Shown here in pieces: positions 18,433-27,800 of a stretch of DNA of 57,901 nt (positions are counted from its first letter, which is position 1; every line of letters starts with the position of its first letter). The notes beneath the pieces are model-generated. The model saw only the letters and a program-made list of their open reading frames with translations, did not search any database and was not told the DNA's origin. Both the position numbers and the translations under genes were made by a program. Origin of the DNA: a virus (lineage: Duplodnaviria; Caudoviricetes); the IMG/VR virus record IMGVR_UViG_3300010042_000197, positions 1-57,901 of that record. One strand, given 5' to 3'.

Positions 18433-19056
18433 TCATGACTGCGAGTCCCTCACCGGCTCCGACAATGCCCGCTCGATGGGCCACCCCAACCTGAGCCGGT
18501 CGTAGACGGTTGCCCTCTTCCGACCAAGACGCTCACACCACTCCAGGACGGTCAGCGTCACTCCTTCAAGAGTGACACGCCTGTTGGAGCGCTTGTTTAG
18601 ACTCTGCTCTCGGAGGCTAGCCCAGCGGCAGTTCTCCGGCGCGTAGGGGCCGTCGTTGTCGATGCGGTCGAGCGTTGTACCAGGCGGACGCTCGCCCATG
18701 TCCGCCAGGAAGTTCTCGAAGGAGCGCCACCGCTCGCACACGGTGATGCCGCGCGCTCCATACTTCACATAGCCCGGGTACTTCGGGTTCGTACAGCGCG
18801 TGAGCAGCGACTTCCAGGTCCGGTGGGTGGGGGAGCCCGCCCGACCATGGGTACGGTTCCGCGTCGCAAGTTGCTCACGCCGCAGACACCCGCATGACGA
18901 GGTGTGCCCGCGCTGAAGATTGGCCGCGGCTACCGCCTTCATCGAGCCACAGGCACACCTGCACCACCGCCGCACCGTCCTTCCCGTCTTCGGAGATTCC
19001 TCCACCACCACGAAGCGACCGAATGTCCGCCCAGTGAGGTTAATCTTGCACGGCAT
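18433..19056 (-). CDS. Free-standing HNH homing-endonuclease-like protein
   Basis: NLTGRTFGR..WCRCACG..TSSCGC..YGARGITVCERWRSFENFLADMG..TLDRIDNDGPYAPENCRWA. Confidence 0.88.
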   Translation of the reverse strand: MPCKINLTGRTFGRFVVVEESPKTGRTVRRWCRCACGSMKAVAAANLQRGHTSSCGCLRREQLATRNRTHGRAGSPTHRTWKSLLTRCTNPKYPGYVKYGARGITVCERWRSFENFLADMGERPPGTTLDRIDNDGPYAPENCRWASLREQSLNKRSNRRVTLEGVTLTVLEWCERLGRKRATVYDRLRLGWPIERALSEPVRDSQS

Positions 19057-19071
19057 CGAGTCCGCCCTCTC

Positions 19072-19767
19072 TCACCTGAGAAGTCCACAACCGGGAAAGC
19101 CTCCGAAGGGGAGAACAGCCGTCTGCCCGAAGCGCGCCTTGCAGCTTGAGAGGCGCTTGCCACACCTGTCCTGGGCCGGGTCCGACGTCGGCGTGTCGTC
19201 CGCCTTCGCGGCGGGTGGCCCCGCGTACCCGCACCCCTCGCCCCGGTACTGCCAGCCGCACATCTGGGTGATGACGCGCAGGGGAATCCGGACAGCCTCC
19301 AGGTCACACCGGGCCGCGAGGGTGAACTCGATGAGGTGCTTGTTCTCCGTCGTCTTCGCGTCCACGACGAACTCGTCGTCCGGGAAGCCCTCCGATGGGC
19401 TCGCGGTGGGGTTGACGCCGCCGGGGAAGTTCACCGCGTCCAGGTAGCGGACGAAGGTGCGCTTGCGGATGACGCGCGCGCCCAGCAGGTCGTTGCAGTC
19501 CCGCGCGAGGGCGCCCAGCGTGCCCTGCAGGTTGGCCATGGTGAGAGTGGGCCGGGGGAAGCGCCCGGTGCCCGACTTCTCGAAGCCGCGGGCCTGCACG
19601 GGCCAGGGCTGGTAGGAGGCGCCCTGCCACACCACGGGCCCGCCCAGGCCGTTGGTGCCCGCGTGGAAGTGGCTGATGCCGCCTCCGGGGATGGACGACG
19701 CGTCCAGGACGAAGAGCTCCACCAGGGCACCTGGCTCCAGCTTCTGGATGTCCTCGGCGATGCTCAC
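19072..19767 (-). CDS. L: Minor tail protein (lambda gpL-like)
   Basis: IQKLEPGALVELF..VVWQG..RPTLTMAN..KRTFVRYLDAVNF..CGWQYRGEGCGY..DRCGKRLSSCKARFG..LPFGGFPG. Confidence 0.93.
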   Translation of the reverse strand: MSIAEDIQKLEPGALVELFVLDASSIPGGGISHFHAGTNGLGGPVVWQGASYQPWPVQARGFEKSGTGRFPRPTLTMANLQGTLGALARDCNDLLGARVIRKRTFVRYLDAVNFPGGVNPTASPSEGFPDDEFVVDAKTTENKHLIEFTLAARCDLEAVRIPLRVITQMCGWQYRGEGCGYAGPPAAKADDTPTSDPAQDRCGKRLSSCKARFGQTAVLPFGGFPGCGLLR

Positions 19768-19884
19768 GGGTGGTCCCCGGGACTGGGCCCCGTGGGCAGG
19801 ACGTCAACGCGTGACTGAGCGGCGGCAGCAGGGGCATGGCGGTGCATGTCCCCTGTCTTCGCCCTCGGCGTGGACGTCGTCCGC

Positions 19885-20232
19885 TCACCCCACCTGTGAG
19901 AGCTGCGCGCCCTCGGCCGACCGAGAGGCAGCCACCGCAGCATCGGCAGCCCGGCGCGTGTTGGCCTCGATGGCCACGCTACACAGCGCCGACTGCGCCT
20001 GGAGCTGGAGCGCGAAGGCGCGGCTTCTCGCCATGGCGACGCCGATGATGGCCAGGAGAATCCCTCCAACGACGGCCAGGGTGGGCCCCGCATTGTTCCC
20101 ACCGACAGCGTATCCAACGAGCGCTCCCACAGCGAAGCCAGCGAGGCCACCGCGCACAACAAGTCCCTTCGCTTGCGCGTAGAGGGCCTCGGCGTGCGTC
20201 TGGATGATGTTCGGGTCGTAGTGGACAGGCAT
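19885..20232 (-). CDS. Two-TM membrane protein (moron)
   Basis: MPVHYDPNIIQTHAEALYAQA followed by two hydrophobic helices. Confidence 0.65.
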   Translation of the reverse strand: MPVHYDPNIIQTHAEALYAQAKGLVVRGGLAGFAVGALVGYAVGGNNAGPTLAVVGGILLAIIGVAMARSRAFALQLQAQSALCSVAIEANTRRAADAAVAASRSAEGAQLSQVG

Positions 20233-20413
20233 GTCATTCCCCCAAGGGTTGAGCGCTGCGCTCGCAGGCTGACGCACCCTCGCATAGCAAGGCGCGCCGT
20301 GTAAGCGAGGCAACCACCACCCCCCCGGGTAGGCCATACCACCCGCGAGGTATTCCATTGGGACGAGCGACGGGCCTGGGGCAGAGCGGCGGCGCTGTGT
20401 CTGTCCGCAACCG

Positions 20414-21001
20414 CTACCCCGCCACTTCCTGGAACTCCGCGCTGACGTCGTGGGAGTTGAAGCCCTTCACAGTGGACGACCAGCTCTCGCAGACGACGCG
20501 CGCCACACGCTCGCCGTTGGCCGTGAAGGAGAGCGCCGCGCTAGGCGCTGGGGCAGCGGTGAAGGTGACGAGTCCGGAACTGGAAAGCACGTAGTCCACG
20601 CCCGCGGATAGGAGCACCCCGTTCCGGTACACCTGCGGAGGTGCCGTCCAGCCAGTCGCCGGCACCCTCTCGCCGGGCACTTCGGGCGCCACGGGCCGCT
20701 CGAGGAGGTACTGCGTACGCGCGCCATCGCCGGTGCCCAGCGGGAAGCCGGTGACGTCCCAGGCGCTGGACGGCACGACGAACTCGAAGGACTCCACGCC
20801 CCTGCGCGCAAGGAGAAAGGCCTCGATGGCGTCGGCCTCCTTCTTCCGGCGGGCGTTGAACTGAAGAGCCCATCGAGGGAGGACGGTCCGCATCCCATCC
20901 TCCGAGCGCTGGGCGTAGCCATCACCGAACTGGGCCTTCAGGACGCGCGGCTGGGTTTGTTGCTGGGCGCCGTAGTCCGGCGTGAAGTAGAAGGTCTCCA
21001 T
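20414..21001 (-). CDS. M: Distal tail protein (lambda gpM-like) with inserted DUF2460-like domain
   Basis: PRVLKAQFGDGYAQR..IEAFLLARRGVESF and VVCESWS..SAEFQEV flank an insert GTGDGARTQYLL..YRNGV..GLVTFTAAPA. Confidence 0.85.
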   Translation of the reverse strand: METFYFTPDYGAQQQTQPRVLKAQFGDGYAQRSEDGMRTVLPRWALQFNARRKKEADAIEAFLLARRGVESFEFVVPSSAWDVTGFPLGTGDGARTQYLLERPVAPEVPGERVPATGWTAPPQVYRNGVLLSAGVDYVLSSSGLVTFTAAPAPSAALSFTANGERVARVVCESWSSTVKGFNSHDVSAEFQEVAG

Positions 21002-21060
21002 GCCCTGATCGTCAAAGCCCAGGAGGACGTCGTCCACGACGACGCATTGCGTCGCAGCGG

Positions 21061-21318
21061 CTACATCCTCTCAGGGCATGGACCGAACGATGCGAGCAGC
21101 TTGCCGAGGAGAGCCTTGTCGTCGCTCTCCCACGTTCTCTCGGTGCTCTTGTTGAGCCCCGAGAGAGACTTGTTTACGCTCTCCTCATACCGATAGGTCG
21201 CCACCCGATCCCCCGGAGTAGGCTGCGACCTGCTCGGCTGACCATCACGCCTGAAGCTTCCCTTCTCCCATCCACGCGGAGTCAGGTGGTACTCCGTCCA
21301 CTCATCGCCAAGTCCCAT
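21061..21318 (-). CDS. Hypothetical protein
   Basis: MGLGDEWTEYHLTPRGWEKGS...FGPCP, protein-like composition. Confidence 0.6.
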   Translation of the reverse strand: MGLGDEWTEYHLTPRGWEKGSFRRDGQPSRSQPTPGDRVATYRYEESVNKSLSGLNKSTERTWESDDKALLGKLLASFGPCPERM

Positions 21319-21617
21319 GTGCCCAATCATCGCGCACATCTTGGTGCGCACGCCATTAGCACACGAGCATTCAAGAGTCTGCTGGCGGCGGCGTCCCGCC
21401 GAAGGGCACCGAGTATGTCTGGACCTCATGCACAGGATGTCCCTCGCCCGCGCCGTCGGGCAGCCACGCCGCACAGGTGACACACCGGTGGACGGCGAGC
21501 CCACCCGCGAGCACCTGCGCGGCCAGCTCGGCGTGAACGAGGAGAAGGTCCAAAGTGCCCCGATGGCGCGCTCCTCCACCGCAAGCGCGCCATCGGAAAC
21601 CGAGTCACATCAAGCTG

Positions 21618-22133
21618 TCACGCGGCCCTACGGCTCTCGTTCGGCAGATACCCCCAGCGCCGTTGGTAGTCGAACGGCCGCCCGTGACGGAAGATGCCGC
21701 CCGACGTCGCCTCGATAAGGAACCACCCCAGGTGGTCGAGCCCCTCGACCCATGCGTGCTCCCCCCACCCGCGCTCCGTCCACATCTGCCCAATTGTGAG
21801 TTCAGCGGTGACGCCACGCGCAGTCAGAAGCGAGAGCACCACAAGAGCGAAGTCTTCGCAGTCCCCGACGCCACCGCGCAGGGTCTCAGCCGGGGAGCGC
21901 CAGTAGTCCCAACTGCCACCAGGATCGAGCCTGTAGGCGAACTTCCCGGATCTGTAATGCTCAACCAGCCATTGCGCGACCCGCTCGGGAAGGGGGGCCG
22001 CCCACGGTGACTCGTGACGGGGCAAGAGGTGTTGAACTTCCCACGGCCTCACCAGCTCTTGAACAGCACGGTTCTGGTTGACGAACGACGGTTTCATACG
22101 AACGACGGACGGCGAAAAGAGCCTTCGCAACAT
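21618..22133 (-). CDS. Transglutaminase-like cysteine proteinase (BTLCP/C93-like)
   Basis: DYWRSPAETL..GVGDCEDFAL..EHAWV; start 22133 or 22211. Confidence 0.8.
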   Translation of the reverse strand: MLRRLFSPSVVRMKPSFVNQNRAVQELVRPWEVQHLLPRHESPWAAPLPERVAQWLVEHYRSGKFAYRLDPGGSWDYWRSPAETLRGGVGDCEDFALVVLSLLTARGVTAELTIGQMWTERGWGEHAWVEGLDHLGWFLIEATSGGIFRHGRPFDYQRRWGYLPNESRRAA

Positions 22134-22482
22134 GTCAGCGATCTCGATGCCCTCGTTGAGGGCGCAAGGTGAGAACAAGCTGCGGCAGGAAGCGATGGCC
22201 GCCTCTGGCATGCCGCAGCGAACGACGCAGGTTTAGGGCACCGGCACCCCATTCGGGACACCGGAACCACACATGAAGGGCGACGATGTGGCCTACGTAC
22301 TCACGTTCATTCTGGCCTCCAGACAGCGAAGGCCCGCTCTCAACCCCGCGCCGTATAGGACAACCCGCTTCAAAAATCCGGGCTGTTGCTTGACGGCAAT
22401 AGAGGTTCGGCTCTATTACGCAGATTAGCGTGTCGCGTATGAACCTGTTAGCTGAGAAGCGGGCATGGTTTGCGCCAAGAGG

Positions 22483-22508
22483 CCCCATGGTGGTGAGACA
22501 CCATGGGG
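22483..22508. promoter_or_regulatory. Perfect inverted repeat (10-bp arms)
   Basis: CCCCATGGTG-GTGAGA-CACCATGGGG, intergenic. Confidence 0.45.
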
Positions 22509-22606
22509 TACCTCGGTGGAACGGCTTCCTCTAGATACTATCAGGGACCGTTTCACAAACGCGCAGCCTTGTCAAGCATTAAGCGCGGTTGGCTTCACTA
22601 CGCGTT

Positions 22607-22795
22607 CTAGTGTCTGGCTCCGTTCCCGCGCGGCACATGTAAGCCCCGGACGGGCAGGTGGCACTTCCCCTCGTGCTGCACCGACGCGTCTGGGCAGTCC
22701 GGCGCCTTCGCCGCCAACTCCGCCCAGCACGCCTTGCGGATGGCGACGTAGCCTTTGCCGCACGGCGGGGTGTCGGCCGGCCCGACCCTCAGCAC
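22607..22795 (-). pseudogene. Remnant resembling the Cys-rich C-terminal domain of myxobacterial Ser/Thr kinases
   Basis: TPPCGKGYVAIRKACWAEL..PDCP...HEGKCHLPV pattern, with no kinase domain upstream. Confidence 0.5.
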
Positions 22796-22815
22796 TACTT
22801 AGGGTCGGAGCACCA

Positions 22816-22842
22816 AAGGGTCTCAGTATTACTGAGACCCTT
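22816..22842. terminator. 27-bp palindrome just downstream of P63C gene (terminator or operator)
   Basis: AAGGGTCTCAGTA-T-TACTGAGACCCTT, perfect 13-bp arms. Confidence 0.55.
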
Positions 22843-22849
22843 CGCGGGC

Positions 22850-23761
22850 TCACGCGCGCATGGGCTGGCCGGGAGCGGTGCCACGGAGCTGGTCGGTCCA
22901 GTCCAGTTGGAGTGGCGTGTTCTTGAAGACGTGCGCGAACCTGCCCCGGAAGTCCCACATGCTGTGGCATGTCTTCATGACGCCGATGACTTGCCAGAGG
23001 TGCTTCACGAGCCTGTCCTTCCCGTACTCGGCCAGCCACTGGTGGTGGTTCTTGCGGAAGCGGGGGTTGGGGTTGATTTCGCGCAGCTTGTTCCCCACGT
23101 CCTTGTCCATCGCGTCGTAGATGAAGGCCATCACGTACTTGCCCCACCGCAGTGGCCGCACCTTCGGTGCCTCGTCGAGTCCCTCCAGGCGCGCCATTTC
23201 CTCCCAGAAGTCGTCGGGGAACATCTTGTCCCACTCGCGCATGTCGCCGGAGATGTACGCGTCGAGCTTGCGCTGCATGGCATCTGCGGCGCGCTCCTTC
23301 TGGTAGCCAGTCGCCTCGTCGACGAGTGCGATGATGCCCAGGTTGGCGAAGGCACTCAGAAGGCGTCCGGCCTGCTGGCCTATGTGCTCCTGCTGCTTCT
23401 GGAGACGTCTTTCTGCCATCGCCACCACGACGGCTCCGCAGATGGCGGCCAGGGCCGTGGCCTCGTACCCACTTCCTGCCGGCCCACCGTCCTTCGGGAT
23501 GAAGGGAATCGGCACTTCGATCCGCGCCGCCAACGCCTCGGAAACAAAGGGCTTTATCCGCTTCTGGCCGACGAAACGGCCCAAACGATCCGCACCCCCC
23601 TTCGCGCTACTTCCGAAGGACATTCCGAGCGCCGTCAACACCTGGCCCTGCGAGAGCACTCGAGTCCCGTCACTCAGGACGTGGCAGGCCAGCTCAGCAC
23701 CGCCAACGCGGAGAACACCGGAGTGGGTGGCTCTGAGGGGCGGGGCGATGCAGTTCGTCAT
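22850..23761 (-). CDS. P63C-domain protein (antirepressor-like)
   Basis: ATHSGVLRVG..CHVLSDGTRVLSQ..GYEATAL..GIIALVDEATGYQKER..WDKMFPDDFW..HHQWL. Confidence 0.88.
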   Translation of the reverse strand: MTNCIAPPLRATHSGVLRVGGAELACHVLSDGTRVLSQGQVLTALGMSFGSSAKGGADRLGRFVGQKRIKPFVSEALAARIEVPIPFIPKDGGPAGSGYEATALAAICGAVVVAMAERRLQKQQEHIGQQAGRLLSAFANLGIIALVDEATGYQKERAADAMQRKLDAYISGDMREWDKMFPDDFWEEMARLEGLDEAPKVRPLRWGKYVMAFIYDAMDKDVGNKLREINPNPRFRKNHHQWLAEYGKDRLVKHLWQVIGVMKTCHSMWDFRGRFAHVFKNTPLQLDWTDQLRGTAPGQPMRA

Positions 23762-23926
23762 GCGGGCTCCTGGGCGGCTGGGATGGGGCCAGCGGAGGGC
23801 GTGCCTCCGGGCCGTACCCGCATACCAGTCAAGTCTGACATGCCTAGGACACCCGCTAGGTTGCCGGATGTACGACTACGTCACACCTCGTTGACCGCCA
23901 CACGGACAGTGCGGGAGTCTGGTGGG

Positions 23927-24679
23927 ATGCGACATCTCATCGCCTTGGTCCTCGCGCTGCTAGCGGCGCGGTCGAATGCGGCCGCCCCCAAGCCGGAGGC
24001 GCCACCCCTGTTCGTCAACATCCCTGCGGTGGCAGAGAACGCGTGGCTGACGATGGACTGTACGGGGACTGGCAGCCTCCAGACGGTTCGCTGTCGGTTC
24101 ACTCAAATCCGCGTTCATCGCAAGAGCCCGGAAGAGGTCGCTGCGGCCGTTGCGGCGGCGAAGGCCGAGTTTCAGTCGAAACCCGATGAGCCTAACAAAC
24201 TCCTTGAGGAGGTCTGCTCTGAGTGGAACATCATCGGTGACGGCTATCTGACGGGGACAGAGGAATGGAGCGCCGCACGTCAGCGCACTCGTGCCCTTGC
24301 CATCCAACGGATAGCCAAGATGTGCGGCTGTCCCGATGATGCATGCAGGCTTGACTACTTTCTTACCGAGGTGGAGGACGCGGCGAAGGCCTGCCGAATA
24401 ATTTCAACTCAATTCGAGGCGACGCTAAAGCGTGTCGGCAAGAACAAATGGATCAACGAGCCGAAGCCCGTGGGTGCGTGCAATGCGGTGACGGCCATGG
24501 TGGCCGAGAAGGCCGAGGACAATTCGTGGACGTTCACCCAGACCCGCCTGACGGTGGACACAGAGATTCCGCTCTGCGTTGGCATGGCACGGAACGTGAA
24601 CCAACCGTTCGTTTTCAAGACAGATCCGAACGTCGACATCTCGCTCGACTGTTCGACAATCCGGGCCGACATTCTTTAG
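23927..24679 (+). CDS. Secreted Cys-containing protein (moron)
   Basis: Signal peptide MRHLIALVLALLAARSNA and several Cys; opposite strand. Confidence 0.7.
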   Translation: MRHLIALVLALLAARSNAAAPKPEAPPLFVNIPAVAENAWLTMDCTGTGSLQTVRCRFTQIRVHRKSPEEVAAAVAAAKAEFQSKPDEPNKLLEEVCSEWNIIGDGYLTGTEEWSAARQRTRALAIQRIAKMCGCPDDACRLDYFLTEVEDAAKACRIISTQFEATLKRVGKNKWINEPKPVGACNAVTAMVAEKAEDNSWTFTQTRLTVDTEIPLCVGMARNVNQPFVFKTDPNVDISLDCSTIRADIL

Positions 24680-24865
24680 TTGGGCTGAATTGAGCACAGC
24701 CAGCCCACGCGATCCGACCTCATGGCGTCGCATCTCCATGCTGGGCCACCATGGCGCGCCGCCTGTTCGCGTACTCCGGACTCGACTGAGCGAGCATGTA
24801 GTCCTGGAGGGCGCGCCCGGCCCTGACATCAAAAAAGCGACCGACTGACTTGCAAGACTTTACAG

Positions 24866-27800
24866 TCAGCTCCGCTGCCTCCTGATGCCATTGTAGAGGA
24901 CGCCACCAGGCTGGAGTTGCTCGACCAGCACCTTGAGAACGACCGTGCCCAGGCCACGCGCCAGCTTCTCTGACTCGGCCTTTCCTCCAGGAGACTGCAC
25001 CTCGGACTTTACAGTGCCGTCCTGGTGGACGTGGATATGGAGGGTGATGGGTGCCGCTCCTCCGCCCTCCCCCGCCGGCGGGAGGATGTCCGCCTTGCTG
25101 GGCACGTAGAGCTTCGGCACCTGGGCCGCCCCGCTTCCCAGGCTCAGCTTCCCCGCCCCTCCCAGCGAAGCCCCACCCGAGGCGCCAACCGGTGACGCTG
25201 TCGCACCAACGAGCGCAGTGGTGGCCGTGTCCACCAGCGCGACGAAGGCCTTGTGGGCCAGCAGGCGCGCCAGGTCCTTCAACATGCCGTCCACCATGCT
25301 CCGGAAGCTGAACTGCCCGGTGGTGGCGAAGGTGACGAAGGCGTCCTCCATGTTCTGCGCGGCGCTGGAGACGGCGTCCTGGGCGAGCGCGAAGCCCGCG
25401 GAGAGCTGTTCCTGGAGCTTCGCCACCTCCTTCCGGTACGCCGCAGCGCTGATGCGCTGGTTGTCGAAGAGCTTCTGCACGGACTCCATGCGCTTCTGCG
25501 CGTCGGCCAGCGGGTTGAGCTGCCGCTCGAGCTGCTCCAGCTCCTTCGCGAGCTGGGCCTCGGCGCGCCCCTCCGGCGTCCACAGACTGCGCGCCTTGGC
25601 GAGCTGGGCGTTGTACTGCGCCATCCCCATCCGGCCCGCGTCCACCTCCACACGGAGAGCCTTCTGTGCCTCGGCGTACTTCATGCCGGCCGGGTCCCCG
25701 AGCTCTCGGTTCAGCTCCTGGAGCACCTGGACCCGCTTCTCCTCGGCCTTGGCGAGTTCCTTCGCGACCTCCGCCTCGCGCAGCTTCGCGATGGCCACGT
25801 CCGCCTGCTTCTTCTGCGCGGCGGAGAGCGCCTTGTACTCGTCGGTGAGGTTGAGCGCCTCTGCCTTCGCCTTTCCAACAGCGCGCGTCTCTTCTTCGAT
25901 GCGCTCAAGCCACGTCTTCGCCTTCCTCGCCAGCTCCTCCCGCGCCTGGGCCTGCTTCTTCGTGGCCTCCGCGTCCTGGAGCTTCGCAATGGCCACGTCG
26001 GCGAGCTTCTTCTGCTCCTCCGTGAGCGCCTTGTACTCGTCCGACTGGTTGAGGGCGCCCGCCTTCGTCTTCCCGATACCCCGAACGTCCTCCTCCAGCT
26101 TCTCCAGCCACGCTGTGGCCTTCTTCGCCTCCGCGGCCTTGGCCCTGGCCCCGTCAATCATCTCGGTAGCCGAGCGCGTGGCGGCTGCGCCCGCACGCGC
26201 GTGGGCATCAGCCACTCCGTTCACGACCGCCGCCTCCTGCTTCGCGGCGTGATCCAGGATAATGAGTGCCTTCTGAATTTCGGCAGCACGCTGTTGATGG
26301 ACGGCGAGTTCTTTCTCCAACGGGACAAGCTTCTCCTCGATCTGTTCAGCGAACTTGGGATCCTTTCGGTTCTCTGAGAACGGCTTCCCCGCGCCCATCC
26401 ACTTATAGTTCACTGCCACGATGTAGCTCTGCTTGTCCTTGACCGCCGCCGTCAGCCTCTCGATCTCTGCGGTTGCCACCCGAAGATCTTCAGCTGCGAC
26501 GTTCCGAACGACCGCCGAAAGCTCCTTCACGGTGTCGACTTCACTCGTCAGCAAGTCTTGGTACTTCCCCCCGAGGGCAGCAATCTCTTCCTTCGCGATC
26601 TTGAGGCGCTGAAGCGCCTCAGTCTGGTCGTTGGTGGCCTTGGTCTGGCTCATGAGGTCCACCACGATCTGCGTGCCACGACCCACGGCAGCAGCGGACT
26701 CCTGTGCGTGCTGCATCGCTTTTTCCCGGGCCTCCTCCGCAGCCCGCCCAAATTCGGCGAACGCTGTGACCGCCGCGCCGAGCGCGATGACCACCACGCC
26801 GATGGGACCACCCATGGCCGCGAGCGCGGCGGAGCCCGCCCGGGTAGCGAACGTCGCGCCTTCAATTGCAATTGCCTCGCGCACCTTCGCCTGGGCAAGC
26901 GTGTTGGACGCGATGGCTGCCCGCGTGTGCGCCACGGTGAACGGCCCTTCGATGGCGGCAGCGGCCTCGAGCATGGCCTGCCGCTTTTCTAGCTGGGCCA
27001 GGGCAGCCTTCAGCGCTTCGGCCCGGCTCTCCACCTGGACCCGCTTGTAGCTGGCCTCGGCCAGCGCAGCATCGGAGACGGCATCCCGCGCCTTCTTCGC
27101 TGCGGCGGCCTTGTCCAGCAGCGCCTTCGTCCACTCCTGCCCCCAGGCCGCTCCGCGCGCGGCACCGAGCACAGCCAGCGCCTGGGCGAGATAGCGCGCT
27201 GCCGTCGTCACATCGTCGAAGTTGCGCAGCAGCCCATCCATCGCGGGCGAGATGGTGTCGAGCAGGTCCTCGCCCACCGCGATGCGCAGCGCGGCGAAGC
27301 GCGCTCGTAGCTGGTCCACCTTCATCTGTGGCGTTTCCGCCATCTTTCTAAAGGCGGACTCCGTCTTCCCCGCCGACGTCTCCATGTGCTGGAGCGACGC
27401 CGCGAAGTCCGCCGAGGCAGTCCCCGAGAGGGTCATCGCGGGGAGTAGCGCCTCGACTCCACCGACGAGCGCGGCGAGCAACTCGGTGCTGCCACCCGTC
27501 TTGTCCTTCATGTCCTGGAGGAAACCCGAAAGCCCCTTGGACTTCAGCCCCGCGGTGTCGAACTGGATGCCAAGCTCCTGCGCGAGGATCGCCGCCTCGC
27601 TGGAGGGCTTGGCCACCTGGGCGAGGATGCTCCGGACGCCCTCCATGGCCGTCTCCGTCTTGATGCCGGCCTTTGTGAGCGCCGCGTTCGCCGCGAGCAA
27701 CTCCTGAAGGGACACGCCCGTCTGCGACGCGATGGGAGCCACCTTGCCGATGTGCCGGGCGATGGTCTCGATGGACGTCTTCCCGTCAGCGGCGGAGATG

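Noticed and set aside
18433-19072. Group I intron carrying the HNH gene
   Set aside because: gpL is complete with its normal C terminus before the HNH gene; no interrupted gene is evident.
22658-23926. N-terminal part of the 673-aa ORF 22658..24679
   Set aside because: Antisense shadow of the P63C gene; the real gene starts at 23927 with a signal peptide.
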